A stretch of DNA of 64,000 nt. Source: Desulfobacterales bacterium. Its GTDB lineage: Bacteria; Desulfobacterota; Desulfobacteria; Desulfobacterales; SpSt-501. The notes beneath the pieces are model-generated. The model was not told the origin of the DNA. It saw nothing but the letters and a program-made list of their open reading frames with translations, and did no database searches. Both the position numbers and the translations under genes were made by a program. Below, piece by piece: positions 45,645 through 54,299 of this stretch. The first letter of the stretch is position 1; every line of letters starts with the position of its first letter. Where the stretch lies: the NCBI GenBank assembly GCA_037481615.1, contig JBBFLI010000007.1, one strand, 5' to 3'.

Positions 45645-47228
45645 ATGGCCGCTTCGCTGAACACGAAAATCGGTCTTGCTTCGGCCCTGATGATGGCCTC
45701 GGTCCTCTCGAGCCGCCTCGTGGGCCTGCTGCGCGAGATGACGCTCGCCTGGCTCGGCGGGGCCGGGGCCGAGGTCGACGCCTACCAGCTCGCCTTTCTC
45801 CTGCCGGAGATCCTGAACCACCTCGCCGCGACCGGCTTCCTCTCGGTCACCTTCATCCCGATCTTCGCCGCCCGGCGTGAAAAAGACCCCGCGGCCGCCT
45901 GGGAGAGCTTCGCGGTGATCGGGACGGTCTTCGGGGCGGCGGCCGCGGGGCTCGTGTTCTGGGCTTTCCTGGCGGCGCCGGCTCTCGTCGGGCTTCTCGC
46001 CCCCGGGGTCGCGGACCCCGCCGTCCTCCGCGCCGCAACCCGCATGACGCGCATCATCGTCCCGGCGCAGTTTTTCTTCTTCGCCGGCTCGCTCCTCATG
46101 GCGGTGCAGTTCGCCTCCGGCCGCTTTCTCTTTCCCGCCCTCGCCCCCCTCGCCTACAACCTCGGGATCATCGGCGGCGGGGTTTTCCTCTCCCCCTGGC
46201 TCGGGATCGACGGCTTCGCCTGGGGGGTGCTCGCGGGGGCCTTCGGGGGAAACTTCCTGCTGCAGATTCCGGGCGCGCGCCGGGCGGGGCTCACCTTTTC
46301 CCTGCGGTTCGCGCCCTTCCACCCCGACGTGGCGGCCTATCTGAAGATGACGCTCCCCCTCATGGTGGGGCTGACGATGGGTTTTTCCTCCGAGGTCTTC
46401 TTTCGTCTCTTCGGCTCGTATCTCCCCGAGGGCGGGGTGGCCGTCTTGAACTTCGGCCTGCGCATGATGCTCATCCTCGTCGGGGTCTTCGGCCAGGCGC
46501 TGGGGACGGCCTCCTTTCCCTTCCTCGCCGAGCTGGCCGCGGCCGGCCGGCTGGAAGAGCTCCACGCGCTGCTCGACCGCACGCTCCGCGCGCTCGCCTG
46601 GATCCTGCCCGCCGCGGCGCTCCTCGCCGTGGTGAGCCCCGAGGCGGTGCGCCTGCTCTTCCAGCGCGGGCGGTTCGGGGAGGAGGCGGTCGGCCCCACG
46701 GTCCTCGCCCTGCGCGGGTTTCTCCCCGGGGCTGTGGCCTATGCCGCCTACGCCCTGGTGGTGCGCGGCTTTTACGCCCTGCGGAACACCTGGCTCCCCG
46801 CCCTCTACGGCACGGCGGCGGTTCTCGTCTCGATCCCCCTCTATCCCCTCGGACTCGCCTGGGCGGGGGTCGCGGGGGTGGCCTGGGCGGTCTCCCTCTC
46901 GGGGATCCTCCAGGCGGGCGGGCTCTACTGGCTCTGGAGCCGGAGGGCCCCTTCGGCCCGGGGCCGGCGGCAGGTGGCGGCCGCCTACCTGAGGCTGGCG
47001 CTTTTCGGGCTCGCCGTGCTGGGGGTGCTCTCGCCGTTGCGCGCGGCGCTCGCCGCGCGGCTCGCGCCGGGCGCCGGGGCGAGCCTGATCGTTCTCGCCG
47101 CCGTTGCGGCGGGATTTCTGCTGCTGCTCGCGGCGTCGTCGCGACTGGCGGCCTTCCCCGAGGGCGCCGAGGCCGTGCGGTTCCTCGCGCGTCTGGGGTC
47201 TTGGAGGCGGTCGGGCCGGGGGAGGTGA
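45645..47228 (+). CDS. murJ: Lipid II flippase MurJ (MviN family)
   Basis: 527 aa, about 14 TM segments. N-terminus ASALMMASVLSSRLVGLLREMTLAWLGGAGAEVDAYQLAFLLPE is typical of MurJ. Confidence 0.9.
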   Translation: MAASLNTKIGLASALMMASVLSSRLVGLLREMTLAWLGGAGAEVDAYQLAFLLPEILNHLAATGFLSVTFIPIFAARREKDPAAAWESFAVIGTVFGAAAAGLVFWAFLAAPALVGLLAPGVADPAVLRAATRMTRIIVPAQFFFFAGSLLMAVQFASGRFLFPALAPLAYNLGIIGGGVFLSPWLGIDGFAWGVLAGAFGGNFLLQIPGARRAGLTFSLRFAPFHPDVAAYLKMTLPLMVGLTMGFSSEVFFRLFGSYLPEGGVAVLNFGLRMMLILVGVFGQALGTASFPFLAELAAAGRLEELHALLDRTLRALAWILPAAALLAVVSPEAVRLLFQRGRFGEEAVGPTVLALRGFLPGAVAYAAYALVVRGFYALRNTWLPALYGTAAVLVSIPLYPLGLAWAGVAGVAWAVSLSGILQAGGLYWLWSRRAPSARGRRQVAAAYLRLALFGLAVLGVLSPLRAALAARLAPGAGASLIVLAAVAAGFLLLLAASSRLAAFPEGAEAVRFLARLGSWRRSGRGR

Positions 47229-47232
47229 GCCT

Positions 47233-48225
47233 TCAGGCCCAGCGGATGAGGGCGCTCCCCCAGGTCAACCCGCCGCCGAAGACCGGCAGGCAGACGAGAT
47301 CCCCCGGCCGGATGCTTCCGTCGCGCACCGCCTCGTCGAGGGAGATGGCGCAGGAGGCCGAGGAGATGTTCCCGTACTTGTGGAGCGTGACGTAGAATCG
47401 CTCGAAGGGGATCTTCAGGGTGTCGGCGATGCTGCGGAACATGCGCAGGTTCGCCTGGTGCGGGATGAACCAGGCGATGTCCTCGAGACGGATGCCGTTT
47501 GCCGCCACGCATTCCTTGATCGCATCGACGAATCCGCGGACGGCGATGCGGAAGCTCAGGTTCGCCTCGATCATCTTGAGGGTGTGCAGCTTGCGCTCGA
47601 CGCTTTCGTGGCTGATGGGCGTGGTGCGCGAACCCCCGCCGGGGAGGAGCAGGTCCTTGCCGCGGGCGCCGTCGGTGTGCAGGTGGGTGGAGACGAGCTC
47701 GGGGCCCTCTTCGCCGCGGGTGAGCAGGGCCGCCCCCGCGCCGTCGCCCCAGAGGATGCAGGTCGAACGGTCGGTGTAGTCGAGGGTGCGGCTCATCACC
47801 TCGGCGGCCGCCACGAGCACGCGCCGGCAGGCGCCGGTCTTGAGGTACTGCTCGGCGACGTTCAGGGCGAAGACGAAGCCCGAGCAGGCCGCGGTCACGT
47901 CGAAGCTGACCGCCTGGGGGGCGTCGAGCTTGGCCTGGAGCCAGTTGGCGGCCGAGGGGCAGCAGGTGTCCGGGGTGATCGTGGCGACGACGATCAGATC
48001 GAGGTCGCGCGCGCTCCAGCCCGCGGCCGCGAGCGCCCGCCGGGAGGCCTCGAAGGCGAGGTCCGAGGTGGCGACCTCGGGGTCGGCGATCCGGCGCTCG
48101 CCCACCCCCGTGCGGGTGCGGATCCACTCGTCGCTCGTGTCGAGGCCCATGTTCTGGAGGTCCTGGTTGGTCAGCCGCTTCGGGGGGACATAGGAGCCCG
48201 TCCCGGCGATCCGCACGCGTTCCAT
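47233..48225 (-). CDS. fabH: 3-oxoacyl-ACP synthase III (KAS III)
   Basis: 330 aa. Cys-His-Asn triad blocks AACSGFVFAL, IPHQANLRM and YGNISSAS. Confidence 0.92.
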   Translation of the reverse strand: MERVRIAGTGSYVPPKRLTNQDLQNMGLDTSDEWIRTRTGVGERRIADPEVATSDLAFEASRRALAAAGWSARDLDLIVVATITPDTCCPSAANWLQAKLDAPQAVSFDVTAACSGFVFALNVAEQYLKTGACRRVLVAAAEVMSRTLDYTDRSTCILWGDGAGAALLTRGEEGPELVSTHLHTDGARGKDLLLPGGGSRTTPISHESVERKLHTLKMIEANLSFRIAVRGFVDAIKECVAANGIRLEDIAWFIPHQANLRMFRSIADTLKIPFERFYVTLHKYGNISSASCAISLDEAVRDGSIRPGDLVCLPVFGGGLTWGSALIRWA

Positions 48226-48261
48226 CGCTGTCGCTCTCCTTTTCCGCTTCCGCCGTCGATA

Positions 48262-49422
48262 TCAGAGGTACTGGTCCACCAGTTCGGTCACGAACCGCTC
48301 GACGCCCCCATCCCCCTCGCGGGAGCGCAGCTCGTCGATCAGGTTGCGGATCTTGCGCGCGGTGGCGGGGTCGTGCTCGAGGTCGGAAAGCGAGCGGAAG
48401 GCCCCGCCGCGCCGGCCCACGCGGAAGACGAGCCGCTCCTCCTCCGGCAGGGCCTGGTAGTCCCGGATCACCCCGAGCATGCGCTCCCGGTCCTCGGGGA
48501 GCTTTCCCGAAACCTCCTCGAGGAGGTTCATGATGTGGTCGCTGGCGATCGTGCTCGTGATCCCCTCGAGGTGTTCGAGAAAGACGCGGATCTCCTCGAC
48601 GACCTCGTCGTCGCTCGGCAGCTCGAATTCGCCCGCGGCGAGCTTCGCGTGGAGCGGGGCGCGCCGCGGCACCCGGAGGCTCCGCAGGCGGATGAAGTGG
48701 GGGTTGATGCGGTTGAGGACGCGCGCGGTCTCGACGGCGTGCTCGCGCCACAGGGCCCGGCCGCCCAAGCCCGGCATGACGTACTCGGAGACCTCGATGC
48801 CGGCCTCGATCAGCTTCCTTCCCGCTTCGACGTGCCGGTCGGCCGAGACCCCCTTCTTCATGAGGCGGAGCACCGCATCCGAGCCGCTTTCGAGGCCGAG
48901 ATGCACGCGGTCGAGGCCCGCCTCGCGCAGGCGGCGCAGGTCCTCGAGCCGCCGGGCGGCGACGGTGCGCGAGCGCGCGTAGGTGGTCACCCGGCGGATT
49001 TCGGGGAAGGTGCGGCGCAGAAAGGAAAGCAGCCCGGCCAGCTCCTCCGGGGGCAGAATCAGGTTGTCCGCGTCCTGCAGAAAACACGCTCCGGACCCGT
49101 AGTAGAGCCAGGCGACGACACTGCGGGCGCTCGCGTGGAGGGGGGGGGCCTGCAGCAGGGCCCCGGCGACCGCGTCGTTCACCGCCCCGCCGCAGCCCAT
49201 GCGCCAGGAGGTCTCGATCACGTGGTCGGCGATGCGGCGTGCGGCGAGGATGTCCTCGCGGATCTCCTCCGCCGAGCGGCGCGAGAATTTTCGGCCCTTG
49301 TAGACCGGGCAGAATTCGCAGCGGTTCCAGGGGCAGTTGCGCGTGAAGCGCAAGAGCAGGCTCGCCGCCTCGTTCGGCGGACGGATCGGCCCCTGCTCGA
49401 ATTGCATGGCGTTCCGGCTCAT
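48262..49422 (-). CDS. Radical SAM protein (unassigned subfamily, no SPASM/B12 domain seen)
   Basis: ATG 49422 is chosen; ATG 49407 is an alternative. N-terminus GPIRPPNEAASLLLRFTRNCPWNRCEFCPVY, where the cluster motif reads C-x4-C-x2-C. There are no further Cys clusters. Confidence 0.8.
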   Translation of the reverse strand: MSRNAMQFEQGPIRPPNEAASLLLRFTRNCPWNRCEFCPVYKGRKFSRRSAEEIREDILAARRIADHVIETSWRMGCGGAVNDAVAGALLQAPPLHASARSVVAWLYYGSGACFLQDADNLILPPEELAGLLSFLRRTFPEIRRVTTYARSRTVAARRLEDLRRLREAGLDRVHLGLESGSDAVLRLMKKGVSADRHVEAGRKLIEAGIEVSEYVMPGLGGRALWREHAVETARVLNRINPHFIRLRSLRVPRRAPLHAKLAAGEFELPSDDEVVEEIRVFLEHLEGITSTIASDHIMNLLEEVSGKLPEDRERMLGVIRDYQALPEEERLVFRVGRRGGAFRSLSDLEHDPATARKIRNLIDELRSREGDGGVERFVTELVDQYL

Positions 49423-49431
49423 GGGAAAAGG

Positions 49432-49458
49432 GGCCGCCGGCCGGCTTCGCCGGCGGCC
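49432..49458 (-). terminator. Intercistronic hairpin/attenuator between the small Cys-rich gene and the radical SAM gene
   Basis: Minus strand: GGCCGCCGGC-gaagccg-GCCGGCGGCC (10-bp perfect stem) followed by CCTTTTCCC, directly abutting ATG 49422. Confidence 0.45.
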
Positions 49459-49463
49459 GCGGT

Positions 49464-49685
49464 TCAGCGGATCGGGTTCGGTTTGCAGAGGTGGGCCGCT
49501 TCCATCGCGACCCGGCCGCAGCCGCCGCAGACGAACTTCATCGCGGAGATCTTGTCCTTGCACACGTGGCGCGCGTCGACCGCGGGGGCGCCGCAGAAGG
49601 AGCATTTCGTCTTGTCGTCGCAGGGGTTGCAGAGGTGGCCGGGCGAGTCCGCCACGGCCCCGCAGGTCTTGCAGGTATAAGCCAT
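49464..49685 (-). CDS. 73-aa Cys/His-rich protein with three C-x2-C-G-x7-H-x-C repeats
   Basis: ATG 49685 is preceded by GGGAGG. Sequence MAYTCKTCGAVADSPGHLCNPCDDKTKCSFCGAPAVDARHVCKDKISAMKFVCGGCGRVAMEAAHLCKPNPIR. It is hidden in the tail of a 531-aa shadow ORF. Confidence 0.6.
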   Translation of the reverse strand: MAYTCKTCGAVADSPGHLCNPCDDKTKCSFCGAPAVDARHVCKDKISAMKFVCGGCGRVAMEAAHLCKPNPIR

Positions 49686-49801
49686 TGGGTGCCTCCCGAA
49701 CCGGGGGTGCGTTTCAGGACCCTCGGGATTTCGGCCGGTTGCCGACCGTGCCGAATAGTGTTTCCCGCGCCGCGGAAAGTCAAGGCGGGCCCGGGTGGCG
49801 C

Positions 49802-52800
49802 TCAGCGGGCGATCGTGCCGCTTTCGATCTCCTCCATCCCCGGGATGAAGGGCTGGATGATCCGGACGGGAAGGAGGATCGCGCGCTTGAGCATCTCGAG
49901 GAGGCTCGTCCCGACCGCCTCCGGGGAAAGGGGCACGATCCTCGGGTCCTTGAGCTCGCCCGTCGCCTTCATCGGCACGGCGACCAGCCGGCCGCCCAGG
50001 ATCCAGCCCAGCCCGGGGATGCGGTTCACGATACGGTCGATCGTCTTGAAAGGGGAGACCATCAGGGTGAAGTCGAGGGTGCGCTGCAGCAGATCGATCT
50101 CGCCCCGGCCGCCCATCCACAGGGTGGGACCGTCGATCGTCCACTCGCGGACGTAGAGCTTGCCGCCCGCGAGCTCCAGCTCCGCCGTCGAGCGCCGGTA
50201 GTCGAAGCCGCCCGAGTCGAAATCGGGAAGGGAGCCGCGGTAGAGCTCGGTCAGGTTGAGCACGGTGAAGAGCCGGGCGAAAAAGGGGGATTTGCGGATG
50301 GTCCCGTCTTCGGCGACGAAAGCGAAACGGCCCGTCGCCGACCGCAGGAGGTCCTCCCCTCTCCCCCGCGCCTGCAGCGCACCGTCCAGGTTGAAATTGC
50401 CGCTCGCGATGCTCGATTCCCGCGTGAGGCAGGGGACCGTCTCTTCGAGGGGGCGGGCGTCCACGACGGGGACGAGGTAGGCGTCGATCGCGCCGCCGGC
50501 GAACCCCACCCGGCCCATGAAGAGCATGCCGCAGAGGGCGCCGCGCTCGATCCAGACGACCCCCCCCTCCCGCCCGCCGGGCTCGAGGCTCATCCGCAGG
50601 GGGGCGATTTCGAGCTCGCCGAGCACCGCCCGTTCCGCGGCGATCCCGATGCGGCCGGTCGGCTCGAGGGGTTCCGCCCCGCGGCGGCCGGCGAGCGGCT
50701 CGAGGTCCTTGGCGAGCCGCACGAGGTCGAGCCGGCCGGCCGTGAGATCGAGGCTCAGCCGGATCGCTTTCCCCTCGGCTTCGATCTCCCCGTCGACCCG
50801 CGCCGCGTTCGGCCCCAGGCCGGCCTCGATCCCCGCGAGCGCAAGGCGCAGCCCTGCGGGAGGCCCTTCCCGGCTGCCGGCCCGCAGGTGCCCCCCGGCG
50901 AGGCGGAGCGGCGCGCCCAGGAAGGGTCCGGCAAGCGAGAAATCCTCGGGCGCGGCCTCGAAGGCGAGGTGTGCGCTTGCACTTCCGTCGAGGGGAAGAT
51001 CGATCTCCGCCGGCGAGAGGCGGAGCGCACCGCCGGCGCTTTCGATTTCCGAGAGCCACGCTGCCGCCGGCGGCAGACGGCGCAGCGCGGCGAGGAATTC
51101 CGCCGCCTCGATCCGCACCTCGGGGGCCGCGAGGTGGAAACGGCGGCCGGGGGCATACTCGAGGACCGCCTCCCGGGCCGTTGCGCCGCCGAAGGAGACG
51201 GCCTCCCCGGAAAGAGAAAGCCCCCCCCCGGCGGCCGACACCTCCCCGGAGCGGAGCGCAAGGCGGCCCCCCGGAAGAGCGCTTCCGACGGCGGCCTCCT
51301 CGATCGCCGCCCGCAGGAAGAGGCCTCCCGCGTCCTGCCGAAAAAGGGGGATCCGGGCTTCGAGATCCCGCGCCCGCAGGGTGCCGGCGGCGTCCGCGGG
51401 GAACAGGCCGGCCGCGGCCGGCGCGGCGGCGGCGATGAGGGGGACGAGGTCCCGGGCGTCGAGATGGAGGCGCTCGGCCGCGAGCTCGAGGCCGGGCTCC
51501 TGCGCCCAGCGGAAGGCGCCCGCGAGGTTCGTGACGCGCGAGCGGGAGAGCCCGACAGCGGGGCTGCGGAAGGCGAGGCCGGCACCGCGGAACTCGAGCC
51601 GCGCCTGGTCCACCTCGAGCGGGCCGGGGAGAGGGGCCGCCTCCAGCGAAAGGCCCCGCAGGTCGCCCGCGGCGGAGAGGCGCCAGGTGGCCGCCGCGAG
51701 CGGGTCGCCCTCGAAGCGCGCCTGCCGCAGGGAAAGCCGGCCGCGCCCCACGGCGAGCCCGCCTGCGGGCCGCAGCCGGGCGAGGAGATCGGCCGCCTGA
51801 GCGAGGTCGATCTCGGCCTCATCGGCCGCGGCCGTGAGGCGGGTTTCGCCGCCCGCCCCCACGAGGCAGCCGAATCCCAGGCCGCGCAGGCGGGAGTCTC
51901 CGATTTCCGCCTCCACCCCGGCGGCCTGCACCCGCCTCCCCTCGAGGGCGAAAGAGCCGCCGCGGACGGCGATCGGCCCCGGCAGGGGAAGGTAGCGGCC
52001 CCGGAGATCGAGATCCCGGGCGCTGACCGTGACGTCCACATCCGCGTGCGTGCCGCTCAACTGCAGCCTTCCCCGCGCGGTGCCGGAAAAATCGCGGACG
52101 AGGGCCATCTGCTCCCGGAAGGCGGGGATGCGGACCAGCCGCGCGAGCAGCCCCGGCAGGGGGGAGAGCTCGGCTTCGATCGCAATGTCGAGGGAAAGGA
52201 GCGGGTTGGCCGAGGAGAGTCCGACATCCAGGCTCCCCTCGCTTCCGGACGCCCCGAGCGTGCGGGCGGAGAGCGCCCGGCCGTGGAGGATGCCGCGCTC
52301 GATCCGCGCCTCGCCGTTCACTTCCTCGAGGTCGAGATCGACCCACGGGAGCCGGATGCGGCCCCCCGCGAGGCGGCCGCGGAGGAAGAGACGGTCCAGG
52401 CGGTCGAGATCCGACCAGGTGTCGCCCGTGAGGCGGACCTCGACCTCGGGCGCGTTTCCCGCCCGCAGGACCTCGAAGAGGAGGCGCACGTCTTCGAAAT
52501 CGCCGAGCAGGCCGAGGGCCGCCTCGCGGGCCCTCTCCACCCCCGCCCGCCCGGCGATCGTGACCTGGATGCGCGGGGTGGCGCGGTCGTCCACGACCGC
52601 ATCCAGCGTGAGCGCGGCCGCCGGATTCCGGAAGGAGAGCCCGGGGACCGAAAGGTGCGTCCGCAAGCCTTCCCGCCCGAGCCGGGCTTCGAGACGCTCG
52701 ATCGCCAGAGCCGTGCGGCGGCCTCCGGTCTCGAGCAGGAGCTCGGCGGAGCCTGCGGTGAGGGTGATCGCGGAGGTGTCGCCGGGGCCGAAGAGGGCCT

Positions 52801-53545
52801 CGGCCTCGAAGGCCTCGATCGTGCCCGCGGCGATGCGCAGGGGCCCCCCGGGGTGGAGGAATTCCTGGAGCCGCGCGGGGTCGACCCCCCGGGTCGAGAG
52901 GTTGGCCCGCGTCGTCCCGGGGCTCCCCTCGTGGCGTCCCGCGAAGGAGAAGAATTCGAGCCCCTCGGCTGCGCCCGTGGCCGACCAGGAAAGCCCTTCC
53001 CGCCCGCCGCCCTCGACCGCGAGGGCGAGGTCCCGGAGAAGAAAGGCCCGCCCGCCGCCTTCCTCGAGGAGAAGCCGGCCGCCTCGGACGGTGACGCGGG
53101 CGGCCGGAAGCGACCGGGCGAGACGCTCGGCGAGGCCCGGGAAAACGGACAAATCGGGCAAGCCGGGGGAGGAAGGGGAGACCGCGGGAAGCGCGGCCTG
53201 GATCGCGGGGGCCTCGAGCGCGATCTCCTCGAGCGCCACCCGGCCGCGGAGGAGGGCGAAGGGGTCGAGGCAGAATTCGAGCCGCGGGGCTTCGAGGGTC
53301 GCCCCCTGCGGCCAGGAGAGCCGGAGGTCGGCGAGGGCCGCGCAGGGGCCCGGGAGGAGCCGCACGCGGAGGGCGCCGAAGGAGACGCGCGCCCCGGTTT
53401 CGGCCGCGAGGCGGCCCTCGAGGAAGCGCCGCGCCTCGCGGGAGTTCGCGATCGCCGTGGGGAGCACGGCGAGGAGCAGGACGGCGCAAAAAGCGGCGAC
53501 GACGAGGGCGAGAAGAGCGATCTTGATCCGCGCCGGGATGCGCAT
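49802..53545 (-). CDS. AsmA-family / YhdP-like giant envelope protein
   Basis: 1247 aa. N-terminal TM anchor IKIALLALVVAAFCAVLLLAVL. Long repetitive beta-rich body. C-terminal block GRGEIDLLQRTLDFTLMVSPFKTIDRIVNRIPGLGWILGG is typical of the AsmA_2 C-terminus. Confidence 0.8.
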   Translation of the reverse strand: MRIPARIKIALLALVVAAFCAVLLLAVLPTAIANSREARRFLEGRLAAETGARVSFGALRVRLLPGPCAALADLRLSWPQGATLEAPRLEFCLDPFALLRGRVALEEIALEAPAIQAALPAVSPSSPGLPDLSVFPGLAERLARSLPAARVTVRGGRLLLEEGGGRAFLLRDLALAVEGGGREGLSWSATGAAEGLEFFSFAGRHEGSPGTTRANLSTRGVDPARLQEFLHPGGPLRIAAGTIEAFEAEALFGPGDTSAITLTAGSAELLLETGGRRTALAIERLEARLGREGLRTHLSVPGLSFRNPAAALTLDAVVDDRATPRIQVTIAGRAGVERAREAALGLLGDFEDVRLLFEVLRAGNAPEVEVRLTGDTWSDLDRLDRLFLRGRLAGGRIRLPWVDLDLEEVNGEARIERGILHGRALSARTLGASGSEGSLDVGLSSANPLLSLDIAIEAELSPLPGLLARLVRIPAFREQMALVRDFSGTARGRLQLSGTHADVDVTVSARDLDLRGRYLPLPGPIAVRGGSFALEGRRVQAAGVEAEIGDSRLRGLGFGCLVGAGGETRLTAAADEAEIDLAQAADLLARLRPAGGLAVGRGRLSLRQARFEGDPLAAATWRLSAAGDLRGLSLEAAPLPGPLEVDQARLEFRGAGLAFRSPAVGLSRSRVTNLAGAFRWAQEPGLELAAERLHLDARDLVPLIAAAAPAAAGLFPADAAGTLRARDLEARIPLFRQDAGGLFLRAAIEEAAVGSALPGGRLALRSGEVSAAGGGLSLSGEAVSFGGATAREAVLEYAPGRRFHLAAPEVRIEAAEFLAALRRLPPAAAWLSEIESAGGALRLSPAEIDLPLDGSASAHLAFEAAPEDFSLAGPFLGAPLRLAGGHLRAGSREGPPAGLRLALAGIEAGLGPNAARVDGEIEAEGKAIRLSLDLTAGRLDLVRLAKDLEPLAGRRGAEPLEPTGRIGIAAERAVLGELEIAPLRMSLEPGGREGGVVWIERGALCGMLFMGRVGFAGGAIDAYLVPVVDARPLEETVPCLTRESSIASGNFNLDGALQARGRGEDLLRSATGRFAFVAEDGTIRKSPFFARLFTVLNLTELYRGSLPDFDSGGFDYRRSTAELELAGGKLYVREWTIDGPTLWMGGRGEIDLLQRTLDFTLMVSPFKTIDRIVNRIPGLGWILGGRLVAVPMKATGELKDPRIVPLSPEAVGTSLLEMLKRAILLPVRIIQPFIPGMEEIESGTIAR

Positions 53546-53636
53546 CCGGGGGCTCTTTCCGGGTCGGAGACAGGGGCGTTCCCCGCATCTTCCCTTACCC
53601 GCAGAGACCGCGCGAAGTCAAACGGCGCCCCCGCGG

Positions 53637-53666
53637 TTGCATCCGTCGTCGGAACGGGAGTATAAG
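53637..53666 (+). promoter_or_regulatory. Putative sigma70-type promoter of the iscU operon
   Basis: TTGCAT (53637-53642), 18-nt spacer, TATAAG (53661-53666). Confidence 0.4.
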
Positions 53667-53749
53667 GCGCTCGGCCCGGGCGGGCTTTACGCAGGGCGGG
53701 GAATGCTTACGCTCCGGGCCGGGGCAGAACACCCGAGGAGGCAATCGCG

Positions 53750-54265
53750 ATGATGTACAACCAGGTCGTGATGGATCATTTCCGCAACCCCCGCAACGTC
53801 GGGGTGATCGAGGACGCCGACGGCGTGGGCGAGGTCGGAAACCCCCTCTGCGGCGACATGATGACCATCTACCTCAAGGTCCGCGACGAGCGGATCGAGG
53901 ACATCAAGTTCCAGACCTTCGGCTGCGGCTCGGCGATCGCCGTCTCGAGCATGCTGACCGAGATCGCCAAAGGCAAGACGATCGAGGAGGCCAAACGCAT
54001 CACCAACCAGGATGTGGCCGAGGCCCTCCAGGGGCTGCCGAAGAACAAGCTGCACTGCTCCAACCTCGGCGCCGACGCCCTGCAGATGGCGATCCGCGAC
54101 TACGAGGCCCGCAAGGCGGGGATCCGAAGGCCGGAGCCGAAGCGCAAGGACGAGCACGAGCATTCCCACGGGGACAAGTGCTACTGTCCGTACTGCGATG
54201 TCGAGGTCGAGGAGGGGGCGAGCTTCTGCGAGGCCTGCCAGCACGATCTGAAGGAAGAACACTGA
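53750..54265 (+). CDS. iscU: Fe-S cluster scaffold IscU/NifU-N with C-terminal His-rich + zinc-ribbon-like tail
   Basis: GAGGAGG lies upstream. Scaffold Cys blocks NPLCGDMM, FGCGSAIA and LHCSNLG. Extra tail DEHEHSHGDKCYCPYCDVEVEEGASFCEACQHD. Confidence 0.9.
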   Translation: MMYNQVVMDHFRNPRNVGVIEDADGVGEVGNPLCGDMMTIYLKVRDERIEDIKFQTFGCGSAIAVSSMLTEIAKGKTIEEAKRITNQDVAEALQGLPKNKLHCSNLGADALQMAIRDYEARKAGIRRPEPKRKDEHEHSHGDKCYCPYCDVEVEEGASFCEACQHDLKEEH

Positions 54266-54299
54266 CCCGCGCAGGGGCTGCACCGGGGGAGGCCGGCCG

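Noticed and set aside
48262-49685. Canonical SCIFF/ranthipeptide or sactipeptide system
   Set aside because: The radical SAM enzyme has no SPASM or twitch auxiliary-cluster cysteines and no recognisable RiPP recognition element. The peptide does not resemble SCIFF. It is kept only as a non-canonical candidate in the findings.
49337-53665. 1442-aa (+) ORF and several 400-590-aa ORFs overlapping the AsmA-like gene
   Set aside because: They are antisense or off-frame shadows with Arg/Gly/Glu/Pro-rich translations. The minus-strand frame 49802-53545 has a TM anchor and the AsmA-type C-terminus.
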